Of a DNA stretch of 64,000 nt, positions 1 through 11,984 are shown piece after piece (the stretch's first letter is position 1; each line of letters opens with the position of its first letter). The notes beneath the pieces were generated by a model. The model did no database searches, had not been told where the DNA came from, and saw nothing but the letters and a program-made list of their open reading frames with translations. Source of the DNA: Macrostomum lignano (lineage: Eukaryota); the NCBI GenBank assembly GCA_002269645.1, contig NIVC01000221.1:434001-498000 (forward strand). Direction: 5' to 3'. The translations under genes and the position numbers were made by a program.

Positions 1-39
1 CGCTTGATAAGTCGATTAATCGATTTGATTCGTTTGAAC

Positions 40-500
40 TGTGGGGTTTTCTGACGCATGTCGAATTCCCACGTGCAGCATCTGCAGTGCGTCATCATCG
101 ATATGAGTGTATTTTGGCTTTTAACGCGACCTCAACAAAATTAATAACTGAATTTAAGATGTGATTTGTATAATTGTAAGCTTAATATTTGGCACCTCAT
201 CCAATACAAGCAAAGTTGTATGTTGAGTGTGAGTAACACTGATTCACACATTGAGACGCAGCTGCCATCGCTCAGCCGCTTCTCTCTGAAAAGCCGCAGA
301 AAGAACTTCAGCATGCAGTCAGGGCTGTCAGGCCTCACTTCAGTTTTTTTAGCAGTCAACAGAAGCTCACGACCCACCTGCGAATCTGCCAGAGACCGGC
401 ATGAGCTCTGCCAGAGACCGGCCGCAACGAGGATCGGGCTGTACGTGGCAGTGGTGCTGCTCGCTGACGTCTGGACTCTGAGTCAGAAGGCATGGCTGAA
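40..500. repeat. Unclassified dispersed repeat 'A' (about 450 bp), copy 1
   Basis: Blocks gcagctgccatcgctcagcc...gaaaagccg...cagcatgcagtcagg and acccacctgcgaatctgccagagaccggcatgagctctg recur at 11.65 kb (3' half), 22.2/23.8 kb (split), 26.6-27.2 kb, 27.9-28.4 kb (inverted) and 32.9-33.4 kb. No convincingly conserved ORF. Confidence 0.8.
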
Positions 501-1348
501 TTGAGTCTTCTGTCTTAGTCTGTCTTTCATTTACAGTGTTGCATTTAGTAGTGCTTATCAAAGCAGCACACACACTCAGAAGGAGAGGATCCATTCCTAC
601 AAAATTAGGACTGTGGAGTTCCCGAGTTCTCGTTTATTTTGAGCGGGTGTTTTCCGCTATGTCCGGATCTGAAGGTGGGTTAAAAATAGATTTTTCTCTC
701 GGAATTCCAGTCCTTATTCAACTGCCCTGCCCAAACCTCGCAAGAGAATGTGACTGTACTTGGGTAGGTGTACAAAGAATTCGATGTCTAAGTCTCTGCA
801 AAGCCCGAAAAGCCCAACCCCGACACCTGAGGGGCGCATTGTCATGATAGAGCGAAACCAAGTCGAAAAGCACAAAAACACAACGCTTTTCTGGTATTCG
901 GAGGCACCCAGGCCTTTGTTGGCATTCCGTTCTAATAGAGTTTAATAAAATAGATTAGTAACGAATAACTGAATATGCTTTGTGAAGATCAATTTAAATT
1001 GGTCGTGAAGCCGCTGATGGTCTCTCATTTTATAAAAGAAAATTTATTCAACATGACAGCGCAACACAGGCTGGTTGGGTGCAGAGAAACAAAAGCGTTA
1101 GAAGACTCGTTTCTGACTGGCTCACAGCTTCCTTAGCAACGGCATGGCAACCTGAAAAATTCAGCTAAGCTACGCGCAGTTTGGTTATACTGAGTGGGAA
1201 TTGGCCAATAGCAAAAGACAATTTTTAAGACGGCAAGTCTGCCTTTTCAAAGCAAAGATAAAAACTGCACAATGGACTCTTTCCCGGGCTCAGTCTCCGA
1301 CTGTTTCCCCCAACATCCACGCTTTCACTCTGAATAATCCAGACAGAA

Positions 1349-1523
1349 ATGTTTTCACAAAGCTTTGCTGTCATTTACTTGCTGATGTGGGCGGTGTTCG
1401 GAAGCTGCTTGACTTCGGTGCCGCCTCATCCGATGGCATTCCGCTACATCGGTTGCTTCGTGGATAAAAGGGACCCCGACATGACTGGCATGATTGGAGT
1501 CTCTGCATTCGGCCCATATTCAA
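1349..1523 (+). pseudogene. WSC-PAN family unit 1: 5' fragment of signal peptide + WSC exon, truncated by deletion
   Basis: MFSQSFAVIYLLMWAVFGSCLTSVPPHPMAFRYIGCFVDKRDPDMTGMIGVSAFGPYS aligns with the intact exon at 60640-61066. Homology stops at 1523, where the sequence joins the equivalent of position 36569. Confidence 0.85.
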
Positions 1524-1900
1524 ACTGGATGAGTCTTGGGATGCTGTTTGGCTGGCGGACCTCGATAATGGAGAGTTCAGCCTGAGGTAGCGTAGCCGGT
1601 CCCTGATAAAGAAAACGGCATTTGACAGACAAAGTGCTGAACATATTCGTTGTCCGTAGGTCCTATTATATGGCCCTATGGGGCAGGAAACGAATGCCGG
1701 CGTCAATTAGACGGCGGGAAATCTTGGAAGCTTTCCTGTGGACAAAGATCGTTTCCAGCAGGGGAATGTTGAGGAAGGCATTGAGACCATCATAAGGAGC
1801 AGACGGGGGGCGCTAATGATCATGCGGCATGCGCGCCCTTGCGTTCTCCTGAGAGTCTCTAGACAGGTCTTATCTGCAGGGCGCTAGCTCAGATCCACCA
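1524..1900 (-). mobile_element. Degenerate 3' fragment of a non-LTR retrotransposon (CR1/L2-like, post-RT region)
   Basis: Minus-strand translation LETLRRTQGRACRMIIS, continued in the 36.4-36.9 kb copy as ...PYDGLNAFLNIPLLET. This resembles the LERVQxRAxRII...Y...LNLPTLE stretch after the RT domain in CR1/L2-type LINEs. Recognised by eye only. Confidence 0.45.
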
Positions 1901-2879
1901 TTATCCTAAATAATTTAAAGTAATTCTTCAATAATTGTCGTTACAATTACCTTTACAGAACAACTGCAATATTTTTCAGTTGAAGGTGGACCCATTTGTC
2001 ATAATAAACAACCACCTGAGCCCGTTACCTTCAGTTTGCTCCCCACGACGCCTATAAATGTTGCTGAAAAATATGTGCTTTTACATTGCATCGAGGGATA
2101 ACGACGTTATACAACGGCTAAATGTCTGTGTAATATAAAATTTTGTCCTCACTGCTGATTTGTTGGTATGACAATTCTAGTTGCGTGATTACACTATGGT
2201 TTCTAAATCATTCTTTGTCGCTTTGTACATCTTTCATGTGAAACAATACTCGATTGTTAGTATTGTGAATGATATCATCGTGTGCAGTATCGTAACACCA
2301 TTTTAAATCTCATTTAAGCAATGTTTGACCGCCTAGTGACTAGCAGTAATGTCACACAGGGACTAATAAATACTGAGTAACCCTTAGGTAAAGTAAACCG
2401 GCTTAATGAAGAGGTACTTTTTCGCACCCACCCCCTATAGCTAGCATCAAACTTCTATCGCCCCCTAGTAATTTTGAATTTTGAATTTGAGTCAATGCGC
2501 ACATGCTTACGAGAGACGAAAATTTCAAGGATATTTTGATATGAACAGATGTTTTTGTTTTGTATAGCTCAGTTGCGTGTTTGGCTTGAGAGATACACTG
2601 GTAATAAACAATCGGATCGCATTTGCGCTTAAACTACTCTTTGTGTGAAGGTAGGGAATAGTAGTATATATGTCCCAAAAAGAAACTTACGATTAAGCTA
2701 AAATTGAGCTAAACCAAATTCTACTAGATAGCGGTCGAAAAAGTTAATTCCAGTGTCAGTCCGATGTATTCCGTCTTAACAAACCATCGAGAGAGGATGT
2801 GTTCAGAATGTTTCCAATATTTCTTGACTTGATTTTCTAATAAAAAAACAAGCAACAATCGTTTATTATATCTAAATAT

Positions 2880-3045
2880 ACTAAATCTTCCATATACTAT
2901 TATAAAACTATTCTGTCGGTATCTAGGTATGCGATCGATTTTAGCAAAAACGGCTCAACCGATTTTGTTCGAACTTGCACTGTTCGATCAGAAATTTTTC
3001 CGTGACGGTACGTGCAACGTGGCTAAGAAATTGCTCGATGCTATT
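2880..3045 (+). mobile_element. Possible non-autonomous Helitron-like fragment (also at about 37820-37980)
   Basis: catatactattataaaac...aaaacggctcaaccgatttt resembles the 5' motif of small invertebrate Helitrons. No clear 3' hairpin-CTAG end found. Confidence 0.3.
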
Positions 3046-3972
3046 TTAATCTAATAAAACAAATACTTTAGATTTTATCTGCTTAACTAGCTGCTGGCTA
3101 CTCAGCAATTTAGTTCTGCATCAGATCCCTTTATTAATCAGGCGTTGAGCATTCCGTGGATTTTCTGTGCTACCAAGAACACACGCATTCTTCACCGGCT
3201 AAGATTTCTAGGAAAATCAAGTGTAGCTTTCATGGACTTCAGCTGTCCATGGAAGTAAAAGCGCCCAGTTGCCAAAGCAGCTCCAAGGTTTTCCTCTATT
3301 TTTAACTCTAAAAAAGAGAAGTTTTTTAGCTTTTCTTCTTTTAACATCGCTTCTTCATCGATTTTAAAAGCAAACAACGGCTTGCATCTGCGGATGCATT
3401 TCTTCTTTGTTTCTCGAATTTCTGCAGCAAACTTTTTCGGCACAAGTCTGACTGAGAGACGCATTCACAGGTTCTGAACGCTGCATCAGTTACCAACCGG
3501 AAAAGCTCCTGCAGACAATGCATTGGGTTTGCTTTCTCATGACAGAGTCAGAATCGCACAACCAAACTTGGGATGGACAGATAGACAGCACCTGAATAGA
3601 AGGCTTCCTTCAACTTTTCTGTTTTTTAAAGGGAACTCACAGCTTATGCATCCCACATTCTTCTACATCCAGAGATAGGTAATATTTATGTATCCAATTG
3701 TGCATGCGTATTTGCCATAAATACATGAATATCTGCAAAATATAAGAATTAAGAGGGAATAAACCTAAATTGTTATCGATAGCCAGAAAGCATTAAAAAA
3801 GATTTGTATTTTTTTGTTTTTTTATAGCTACTTAGATATTAGATTTTTTCTCACAACTCAAAAAACATTGCAGGGTTAACATGAAACTTCATTTAGGACA
3901 GAGAAGGGGAACTCGATTTCAGGGTCAGCAGCAATGTTCTTGGGGGGTTTCAATGTATCGATTTTAATAACG

Positions 3973-3978
3973 TTTATT
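3973..3978 (-). terminator. Polyadenylation signal AATAAA of unit 2
   Basis: Plus-strand tttatt about 140 nt past the unit-2 stop and beyond the 28-bp array. The same arrangement occurs for unit 8 (59769-59774). Confidence 0.55.
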
Positions 3979-4028
3979 GTAATTTGCCTCCGTAATCAGC
4001 ACTTCAGTCTCTTGCGCCTTCACCCAGC

Positions 4029-4144
4029 TCAGCCTCAAAGCTTCATCCAGACCTACTCAGCCTCACAGCTTCATCCAGACTCTCTCAGCCTCACAGCTTC
4101 ATCCAGACCCACTCAGCCTCACAGCTTCATCCAGACCCCCTCAG
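4029..4144 (-). repeat. 28-bp stop-codon minisatellite of unit 2 (4 copies)
   Basis: Unit ctcagcctcacagcttcatccagaccca; on the coding strand this is GAG TGG GTC TGG ATG AAG CTG TGA (EWVWMKL*) plus 4 nt. The gene's stop at 4119-4121 lies in the copy next to the CDS. Confidence 0.95.
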
Positions 4145-4992
4145 TCTCGCTGGCCACCTCAGCGGGCACAGCGGCGAATCTCAGCAGGCGGCACATGCGG
4201 CTCGAAGGCACGAAGGCGCAGCCCTGACAGTCCGAGCTGCCGTAGCAGATGGTGGCGCATTCAACTGCACTGCTGGCTGCGATGTTGCGGTGAGTGATGG
4301 AGCTCGCGGAGGCTGTGATGTTCGGCAGAGACGTCAGGGGCAGTTTCGGCATCACCGGATTGACTGCAGAAGGGTTGGTTGAAAATATGGAATGCCAATA
4401 TAATATTTTATCAGTCAAATTAATTCGAATATTGATGGTTAAATCTTCCAATGAGAAGTAAATTTAATGAAAAAAGAGTTCAGTGTTTTTAAGTCGTCCT
4501 TCACTAACTTTACATAACCTGTGTTTACACTTGTGCGAGCTGCGTTAATCCGGAACACTTACTTTGTGGGTAAGTCAGTTCGTAGATGGAGTTTCTTGAG
4601 CCTCCACCGCAAATCTGAACCGAGTTTCCAGTGCAAGCTCTGCTGCAGTCGCCAGCCTGTGCGATGCCGTGCGATCCGTAGGCCGAGCCGCAGCAGCAGA
4701 AGCCCGCAGACTGAACTCCAAAGTAGCGAAATCGGCCGTAAGAGCACATCTGGCTGCACAGTTGCAGTGTCATCTTGGAGCCATCGTGACCGAATGCTGG
4801 GTTAGAAGGGTGAGTCTCAAACTGTCCGAACTTTTTGACTCCCTCCAGTCCTACGAGATCTCGGTTGCCATTACCGCCATCCACGTAGCAGCCGAGGTGG
4901 CGAAACTCCAACGGTTGAGGCGGCACCGCAGCAGCGGCGCAGCGTCCGGGACCAGCTGCCCAGCAGAGCAGCAAAGCGCAGAGTTTCAGCAT
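4119..4992 (-). CDS. WSC-PAN family unit 2: secreted WSC + PAN/Apple-like protein, 224 aa, two exons (4563-4992, 4119-4363)
   Basis: ATG at 4992 (MLKLCALLLCWAAG, hydrophobic leader). WSC motifs FRHLGCYVD...MTLQLCSQMC..GRFRYFGVQ..FCCCG...CS.AC.GN..QICGG..RNSIY. Donor CAA A|gtaagt and acceptor ccttctgcag|TC, both phase 1. 430+245 nt = 225 codons. Exon 2 has the PAN pattern C-x3-C-x5-C-x2-CAF-x6-CRLL. Confidence 0.9.
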
Positions 4993-5067
4993 TGGGAAAA
5001 AATCCCAGTGAGTGGCCGAACCGCAGTTTCTGAGACGCTTCTTCGGATTCTGGTAAGAAATTTGGGT

Positions 5068-5093
5068 AATATATTTGCTGGAAGAAGCCAATG
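5068..5093 (-). promoter_or_regulatory. Conserved upstream block (inverted CCAAT + AAATATATT), candidate promoter of units 2, 4 and 5
   Basis: aatatat(t/a)tgctg..agaagccaatga occurs about 75-100 nt upstream of the ATG at 5068, 40639 and 53971. The conservation may simply reflect recent duplication. Confidence 0.35.
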
Positions 5094-5224
5094 AAGAATT
5101 GACCACCTATGCTGTGCAAGGATTGGCTGAGGCTCCACCCTAATAGGAAAAAGGGATCGACCCCTAATGAGTAGCAAGACAGGAATATATCTGATATCTC
5201 TGATACTGTGTTCAAAAAGTTCAA

Positions 5225-5253
5225 AAGATAGATAGATAGATAGATGATAGATA
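5225..5253 (+). repeat. Short (GATA)n microsatellite upstream of unit 2
   Basis: agatagatagatagatagatgatagataa; positional counterpart of the approximately 800-bp array at 40838. Confidence 0.9.
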
Positions 5254-5949
5254 AGGCGAAATGAAACCACGCACACAGTTGAAGCAAATTCACAATTTCT
5301 TTAATTCTAAGAAGAAAAACTAATTTTCGACCCGAACCGAGTCTTTGTCAGGGTATATTGCAAATAAAAATCAGTGAAAACGGGCGAATTAAAACAGAGT
5401 TGGGTATTTATAGTGAGTATAAAAAACCACGTGTAAAATAAAATGATCAATATGGTTGGGGTGGGAACGATTGCAACGCGTGTGTACACCTGTTCATCTA
5501 GTTCTCATCTGAAAAGAGGTTTGAGTTTTGGGACCGAGCACTAGTTACGGCGGGCAGTTTGGATGGACATAGAATGTCCTTTAACAGTATAACTACCAAG
5601 AGGGGGAGAAAAATTCCCCCCCCCCTGACAATTTTTTTTGCTGCGCCGGTACGGAGCAACGCAGGCACACGAAATTCAAGAACACGGGCTAACTTTTTGT
5701 TGTGCACCTTCTCAAACAAGAATCAAGTCGCCAGCCTTCCGGACCGTCGAGATATTCGACGATTCTGCCAGAAGGTCTGATTTTTCCCATAAGCGTTAGT
5801 GGATTCAGTACACCCCTGTGCGCCAATTAGCACTGCGCCTCAGTGCAGCCTTGCCAAGTCTCCAAATTTCATTAGCACGTCGACCACATGTGTCTGCATC
5901 AGCTCTGACTTCGTTGGTCAATAGCCTTCCCCCAGGCGGAGCTTCTGGA

Positions 5950-6870
5950 CCTTCAACAGCTGTGGCACCAGGTGACCATGGACACCCTGTTGCAAATATG
6001 TCAGGTTTTTCTTATCAAGCTTCAATAATGGGCAAACCTCAACTGCCGGACATTCTCAGCTAGTCTCTCGAGCCTTTAGCCATCACCCCGACGCCGTTGG
6101 CACCTTCAACAGATTACACCAGGTGACTATGGACATCCTGTTGCAAATATGTCAGGTCTTTCTTATCAAGCTTCAATAATGGGCAAACCTCAACTGCCGG
6201 ACATTCTCAGCTAGTCTCTCGAGCCTTTAGTTATCACCCCGACGCCGTCGGCACCTTCAACAGATTACACCAGGTGACTATGGACATCCTGTTGCAAATA
6301 TGTCAGGTTTTTCTTATCAAGCTTCAATAATGGGCAAACCTCAACTGCCGGACATTCTCAGCTAGTCTCTCGAGCCTTTAGTCATCACCCCGACGCCGTC
6401 GGCACCTTCAACAGATTACACCAGGTGACTATGGACATCCTGTTGCAAATATGTCAGGTTTTTCTTATCAAGCTTCAATAATGGGCAAACCTCAACTGCC
6501 GGACATTCTCAGCTAGTCTCTCGAGCCTTTAGTTATCACCCCGACGCCGTCGGCACCTTCAACAGATTACACCAGGTGACTATGGACATCCTGTTGCAAA
6601 TATGTCAGGTTTTTCTTATCAAGCTTCAATAATGGGCAAACCTCAACTGCCGGACATTCTCAGCTAGTCTCTCGAGCCTTTAGTCATCACCCCGACGCCG
6701 TCGGCACCTTTAACAGATTACACCAGGTGACTATGGACATCCTGTTGCAAATATGTCAGGTTTTTCTTATCAAGCTTCAATAATGGGCAAACCTCAACTG
6801 CCGGACATTCTCAGCTAGTCTCTCGAGCCTTTAGTCATCACCCCGACGCCGTCGGCACCTTCAACAGGTG
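5950..6870 (+). repeat. 151-bp tandem satellite, about 6 near-identical copies
   Basis: The a of aggtgac recurs at 5970, 6121, 6272, 6423, 6574 and 6725, an exact period of 151. Confidence 0.95.
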
Positions 6871-7414
6871 GCAACAGGTGAGTAAGGACACCTGAGCGTG
6901 ATTTTTCATCATTCTCTTAACATTTCTGAAGCTCTCAAAATTTTTTAAGCACGGACATTGCTATAGTTAAGCTTGAACTCATGTTGCTGTATATTTATAT
7001 TATTATTACACATACTTTTATACATACGAACTACATACATTTTTTATTAGACAAGCTGTTTAGTTTATTCAACTATAATATTGAACCCAATTTTTATGCA
7101 GAAAGGGTTATGCTTTTAAAAAATGAAAAAACCTAAATTTTTTTTGCGTGCCGGTAAATTCAATCGGTTTATTCGGTACACTGTACAAAACCAGAAATAT
7201 GCGACAGAGGATATGTCAGACGATATGATTTTTGAACTTTATGGAAGTTACTAATAATTATAAATTAGTAGGAACTCGGTTAGTGAACAATAATTTACAG
7301 TATATTAATAACAGAAATTTAAAAAATGAAGCTAATGAGTTGCTTCAATTTTGACACTGAGCAAGTTTTACGCAAGCAAGTGCTCACAAATATGGGATTG
7401 GTGAGGGGATTAAA

Positions 7415-9680
7415 CCATGAGAAACTGGGGGAATCCATGAGAAACTGAGGAATTCACGAGAAACTAGGGAATTCATGAGAAACTGGGGAATTCATGAGAA
7501 ACTGGGGAATTCATGAGAAACTGGGGGAATTCATGAGAAACATAGAGAATTCATTAGAAACTGGGGAGTTCATGAGAAACTGGGAAATTCATGAGAAACT
7601 GGGGGAATTCATGAGAAACATAGAGAATTCATTAGAAACTGGGGAATTCATGAGAAACTGGGGAATTCATGAGAAACTGGGGGAATTCATGAGAAACATA
7701 GAAAATTCATTAGAAACTGGGGAGTTCATGAGAAACTGGGAAATTCATGAGAAACTGGGGGAATTCATGAGAAACATAGAGAATTCATTAGAAACTGGGG
7801 AGTTCATGAGAAACTGTGAAATTCATGAGAAACTGGGGGAATTCATGAGAAACATAGAGAATTCATTAGAAACTGGGGAATTCATGAGAAACTGGGAAAT
7901 TCATGAGAAACTGGGGAATTCATGGGAAACTGGGGAATTCATGAGAAACATAGAGAATTCATTAGAAACTGGGGAGTTCATGAGAAACTGAGAAATTCAT
8001 GAGAAACTGGGGGAATTCATGAGAAACATAGAGAATTCATCAGAAACTGGGGAATTCATGAGAAACTGGGGAAATTTATGAGAAACTGGGGAATTCATGA
8101 AAAACTGGGGAATTCATGAGAAACTGGGGAATTTATGAGAAACTGGAGAATTCATGAGAAACATAGGGAATTCATTAGAAACTGGGGAATTCATGAGAAA
8201 CTGGGGACTTCATGAAAAACTGGGGGAATTCATGAGAAACTGGGAAATTCATGAGAAACTGGGGGAAATTATGAGAAACTGGGGAATTCATGAGAAACTG
8301 GGGAGTTCATGAGAAACTGGGGAATTCATGAGAAACTGGGGAATTTATGAGAAACTGGGGAATTCATGAGAAACTGGGGGAATTCATGAGAAACTGGGAA
8401 ATTCATGAGAAACTGGGGAATTCATGAGAAACTGGGGAATTCATGGGAAACTGGGGAATTCATGAGAAACATAGGGAATTTATGAGAAACTGGGGACTTC
8501 ATGAGAAACTGGGGAGTTCATGAGAAACTGGAAAATTCATGAGAAACTGGGGGAATTCATGAGAAACATAGGGAATTCATGAGAAACTGGGGAATTCACG
8601 AGAAACTGGAGAATTCATGAGAAACTGGAGAATTCATGAAAAACATTGGGGAATTCATGAGAAACATGGAGGGATTCATGAGAAACTGGGGAATTCATGG
8701 GAAACTGGGGAATTCATGAGAAACATAGAGAATTCATGAGAAACTGGGGAATTTATGAGAAACTGGAGAATTCATGAGAAACTGGGGAATTCATGAGAAA
8801 CTGGGAAATTCATGAGAAACTGGGGAATTTATGAGAAACTGGGGAATTCATGAGAAACTGGAGAATTCATGAGAAACTGGGGAATTCATGAGAAACTGGG
8901 GAATTCATGAGAAACTGGGGAATTCATGAGAAACTGGGGAATTCATGAGAAACTGGGGAATTCACGAGAAACTGGAGAATTCATGAGAAACTGGAGAATT
9001 CATGAAAAACATTGGGGGAATTCATGAGAAACATGGGGGGATTCATGAGAAACTGGGGAATTCATTAGAAACTGTGGAATTCATGAGAAACTGGGGAATT
9101 CATGAGAAACTGGGGAATTCATGAGAAACTGGGAAATTCATGAGAAACTGGGGAGCTCATGAGAAACTGGGGAATTCATGAGAAACTGGGGAGTTCATGA
9201 GAAACTGGGGAATTCATGAGAAACTGGAGAATTCATGAAAAACATTGGGGGAATTCATGAGAAACATGGGGGGATTCATGAGAAACTGGGGAATTCATGA
9301 GAAACTGGGGAATTCATGAGAAACTGGGGAATTCACGAGAAACTGGAGAATTCATGAGAAACTGGAGAATTCATGAAAAACATTGGGGGAATTCATGAGA
9401 AACATGGGGGGATTCATTAGAAACTGGGGGAAATTATGAGAAACTGGGGAATTCATGAGAAACTGGGGAGTTCATGAGAAACTGGGGAATTAATGAGAAA
9501 CTGGGGAATTCATGAGAAACTGGGGAATTCATGAGAAACTGGGGAATTCACGAGAAACTGGAGAATTCATGAGAAACTGGAGAATTCATGAAAAACATTG
9601 GGGGAATTCATGAGAAACATGGGGGAATTAATGAGAAACTGGGGAATTTATGAGAAACAGGGGGAAATTCATGAGAAACA
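7415..9680 (+). repeat. 20-bp minisatellite GAATTCATGAGAAACTGGGG with about 81-bp higher-order repeats
   Basis: About 110 units. The 4-mer higher-order repeat shows up as the 27-aa periodicity of ORF 7494-7991. Confidence 0.97.
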
Positions 9681-9867
9681 GGGATTGATAAAGTGCAACA
9701 ATATGCATGGTTGGCTTAAGGTATGAGAACTGGCAGTATAATTTTAACACGTAAATCTAATTAAAGCTGGGATTCGAACTCGCGACCTGTCTCACTCGGC
9801 AGTGGCAGCAGATTCGCCACTGGCAACAGTGGCATCAGTTTTCTCAGCTCCGTCACCAGAAGCGGGG

Positions 9868-9930
9868 GCGGCAGCGGAGTCGGCAGCCGCCTTCGACAAT
9901 TTCTACTGCGATGCCTGCCTGCTAAGCTGA
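9868..9930 (+). pseudogene. Remnant of the C-terminal end of the PHD-finger exon at 25544
   Basis: gccgccttcgacaatttctactgcgatgcctgcctgctaagctga ([14 protein letters not shown]) is nearly identical to the sequence around 25697-25741. Confidence 0.7.
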
Positions 9931-10219
9931 AAATTCCATTAACATAAAGCTCTAGCTTCTGCAACACTTTATTTCACGAGCAGGTAGAATGAGCACAAAA
10001 CAAATGCACAGGTTAATCATTGACAGCTTTCATATGGATTCCAGCAGCAAATCACTGTATAAAACATGTGCAACCAATGAATTCTTAATTAGGTCAATAT
10101 CATTTTCATATCTTATATTTTTGCAGCGTAGGTAAGCGGAGTATTCGAGAATTGCCCCTCAGTCATTACTCTTGTAGCCTGGACAGTCTCGAATTCTCGA
10201 ACTCGAGAATTTCTTATAG

Positions 10220-11480
10220 GAGTGCCACAGCTACCCAGAGTGATAGACAGAGTGACACACAAAGTGACACACAAAGTGACACACAAAGTGCCACAGCTAC
10301 CCAGAGTGACACACAGAGTGACACACAAAGTGACACACAAAGTGACACACAAAGTGCCGCAGCTACCCACAGTGACACACAGAGTGCAGCAGCTACCCAG
10401 AGTGACACACAAAGTGACACACAAAGTGACACACAAAGTGCCGCAGCTACCCACAGTGACACACAGAGTGCAGCAGCTACCCAGAGTGACACACAGAGTG
10501 CCACAGCTACCCAGAGTGACACACATAGTGCCGCAGCTACCCATAGTGACACACACAGTGCCACAGCTACCCAGAGTGACACACAGAGTGCAGCAGCTAC
10601 CCGGAGTGACACACAGAGTGCCACAGCTACCCAGAGTGACACAGAGTGCCACAGCTACCCAGAGTGACACACAGAGTGCAGCAGCTACCCAGAGTGACAC
10701 ACAGAGTGACACACAAAGTGACACACAAAGTGACACACAAAGTGACACAAAAAGTGACACACAAAGTGACACACAAAGTGCCGCAGCTACCCAGAGTGAC
10801 ACACAGAGTGCAGCAGCTACCCAGAGTGACAGACAGAGTGCCACACAAAGTGACACACAAAGTGACACACAAAGTGCCGCAGCTACCCAGAGTGACACAA
10901 AGTGACACACAGAGTGACACACAGAGTGCCACAGCTACCCAGAGTGACACACAGAGTGCCACAGCTACCCAGAGTGACACACAGAGTGCAGCAGCTACCC
11001 ATAGTGACACACAAAGTGCCACAGCTACCCAGAGTGACACACAGAGTACCACAGCTACCCAGAGTGACACACAAAGTGCCGCAGCTACCCAGAGTGACAC
11101 ACAAAGTGCCGCAGCTACCCAGAGTGACACACAAAGTGCCGCAGCTACCCAGAGTGACACACAAAGTGCCACAGCTACCCAGAGTGACACACAGAGTGCC
11201 GCAGCTACCCAGAGTGACACACAGAGTGCAGCAGCTACCCAGAGTGACACAAAGTGACACACAGAGTGAAACACAGAGTGCCACAGCTACCCAGAGTGAC
11301 ACACATAGTGCCACAGCTACCCAGAGTGACACACAGAGTGCCACAGCTACCCAGAGTGACACACAGAGTGCCACAGCTACCCAGAGTGACAGACAGAGTG
11401 CCACAGCTACCCAGAGGGACACAGAGTGACACACAGAGTGACACACAGAGTGACACACAGAGTGACACACAGAGTGACAC
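10220..11480 (+). repeat. Compound minisatellite: 30-bp GTGCCACAGCTACCCAGAGTGACACACAGA plus 12-bp GTGACACACA(A/G)A sub-units
   Basis: Directly visible. A short array of the same family at 25385-25510 ends in the same accacagcaccaacca flank. Confidence 0.95.
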
Positions 11481-11629
11481 CACAGCACCAACCATTTATG
11501 TTTAAAACCGAAGTCTATCTAGGGTAAAAGAATACTATTTTTCACTTTATTTTGGCATGACAAATAGGAAAAAACAGTTTAGCCAAAAGACAAATATAGT
11601 GTTACACGGTGAATCATTACTATTACTAC

Positions 11630-11830
11630 GGTAATGTTTAAGCAATCACGGAAGCTCAAAACCCACCTGAGAATCTGCCAGAGATCGGGATGAGCTCTGC
11701 GTCCCAGGCCGCAACGATGGGGCTGTACGTGACAGTCGGGCTGCTGCTGACATTGTCTGCTGCCGGCCCCGCTGAGGTTCTGGAGTCGGAGTCTGTGGAG
11801 TCAGTTGGCTGATTCGAGATGTGCCAAGAG
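11630..11830. repeat. Dispersed repeat A, 3' half
   Basis: tttaagcaatcacggaagctcaaaacccacctgagaatctgccagag...atggggctgtacgtgacagtcgggctgctgctg. Confidence 0.75.
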
Positions 11831-11984
11831 ATCGAGCTGAATGCCGCGTGAGCCATTATAGAATAATATAGAATACATAACTAGCTAGCCATCGCCACTT
11901 ATATGGACCATCTGCGACGAGTCGAGTGCTATTCATGGCACTGTCCTATTGTATGGACAGAGGCGCTGCCATCTCAACTGCCAC

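Noticed and set aside
3192-3464. 90-aa Lys/Glu-rich ORF, also at 38735-39007
   Set aside because: It is shared only because of the young duplication, has no recognisable domain, and the related region near 45.7 kb is degenerate.
4119-4130. C-terminal MKL as a peroxisomal targeting signal
   Set aside because: Met at -3 is non-canonical, and the protein has an N-terminal secretion leader.
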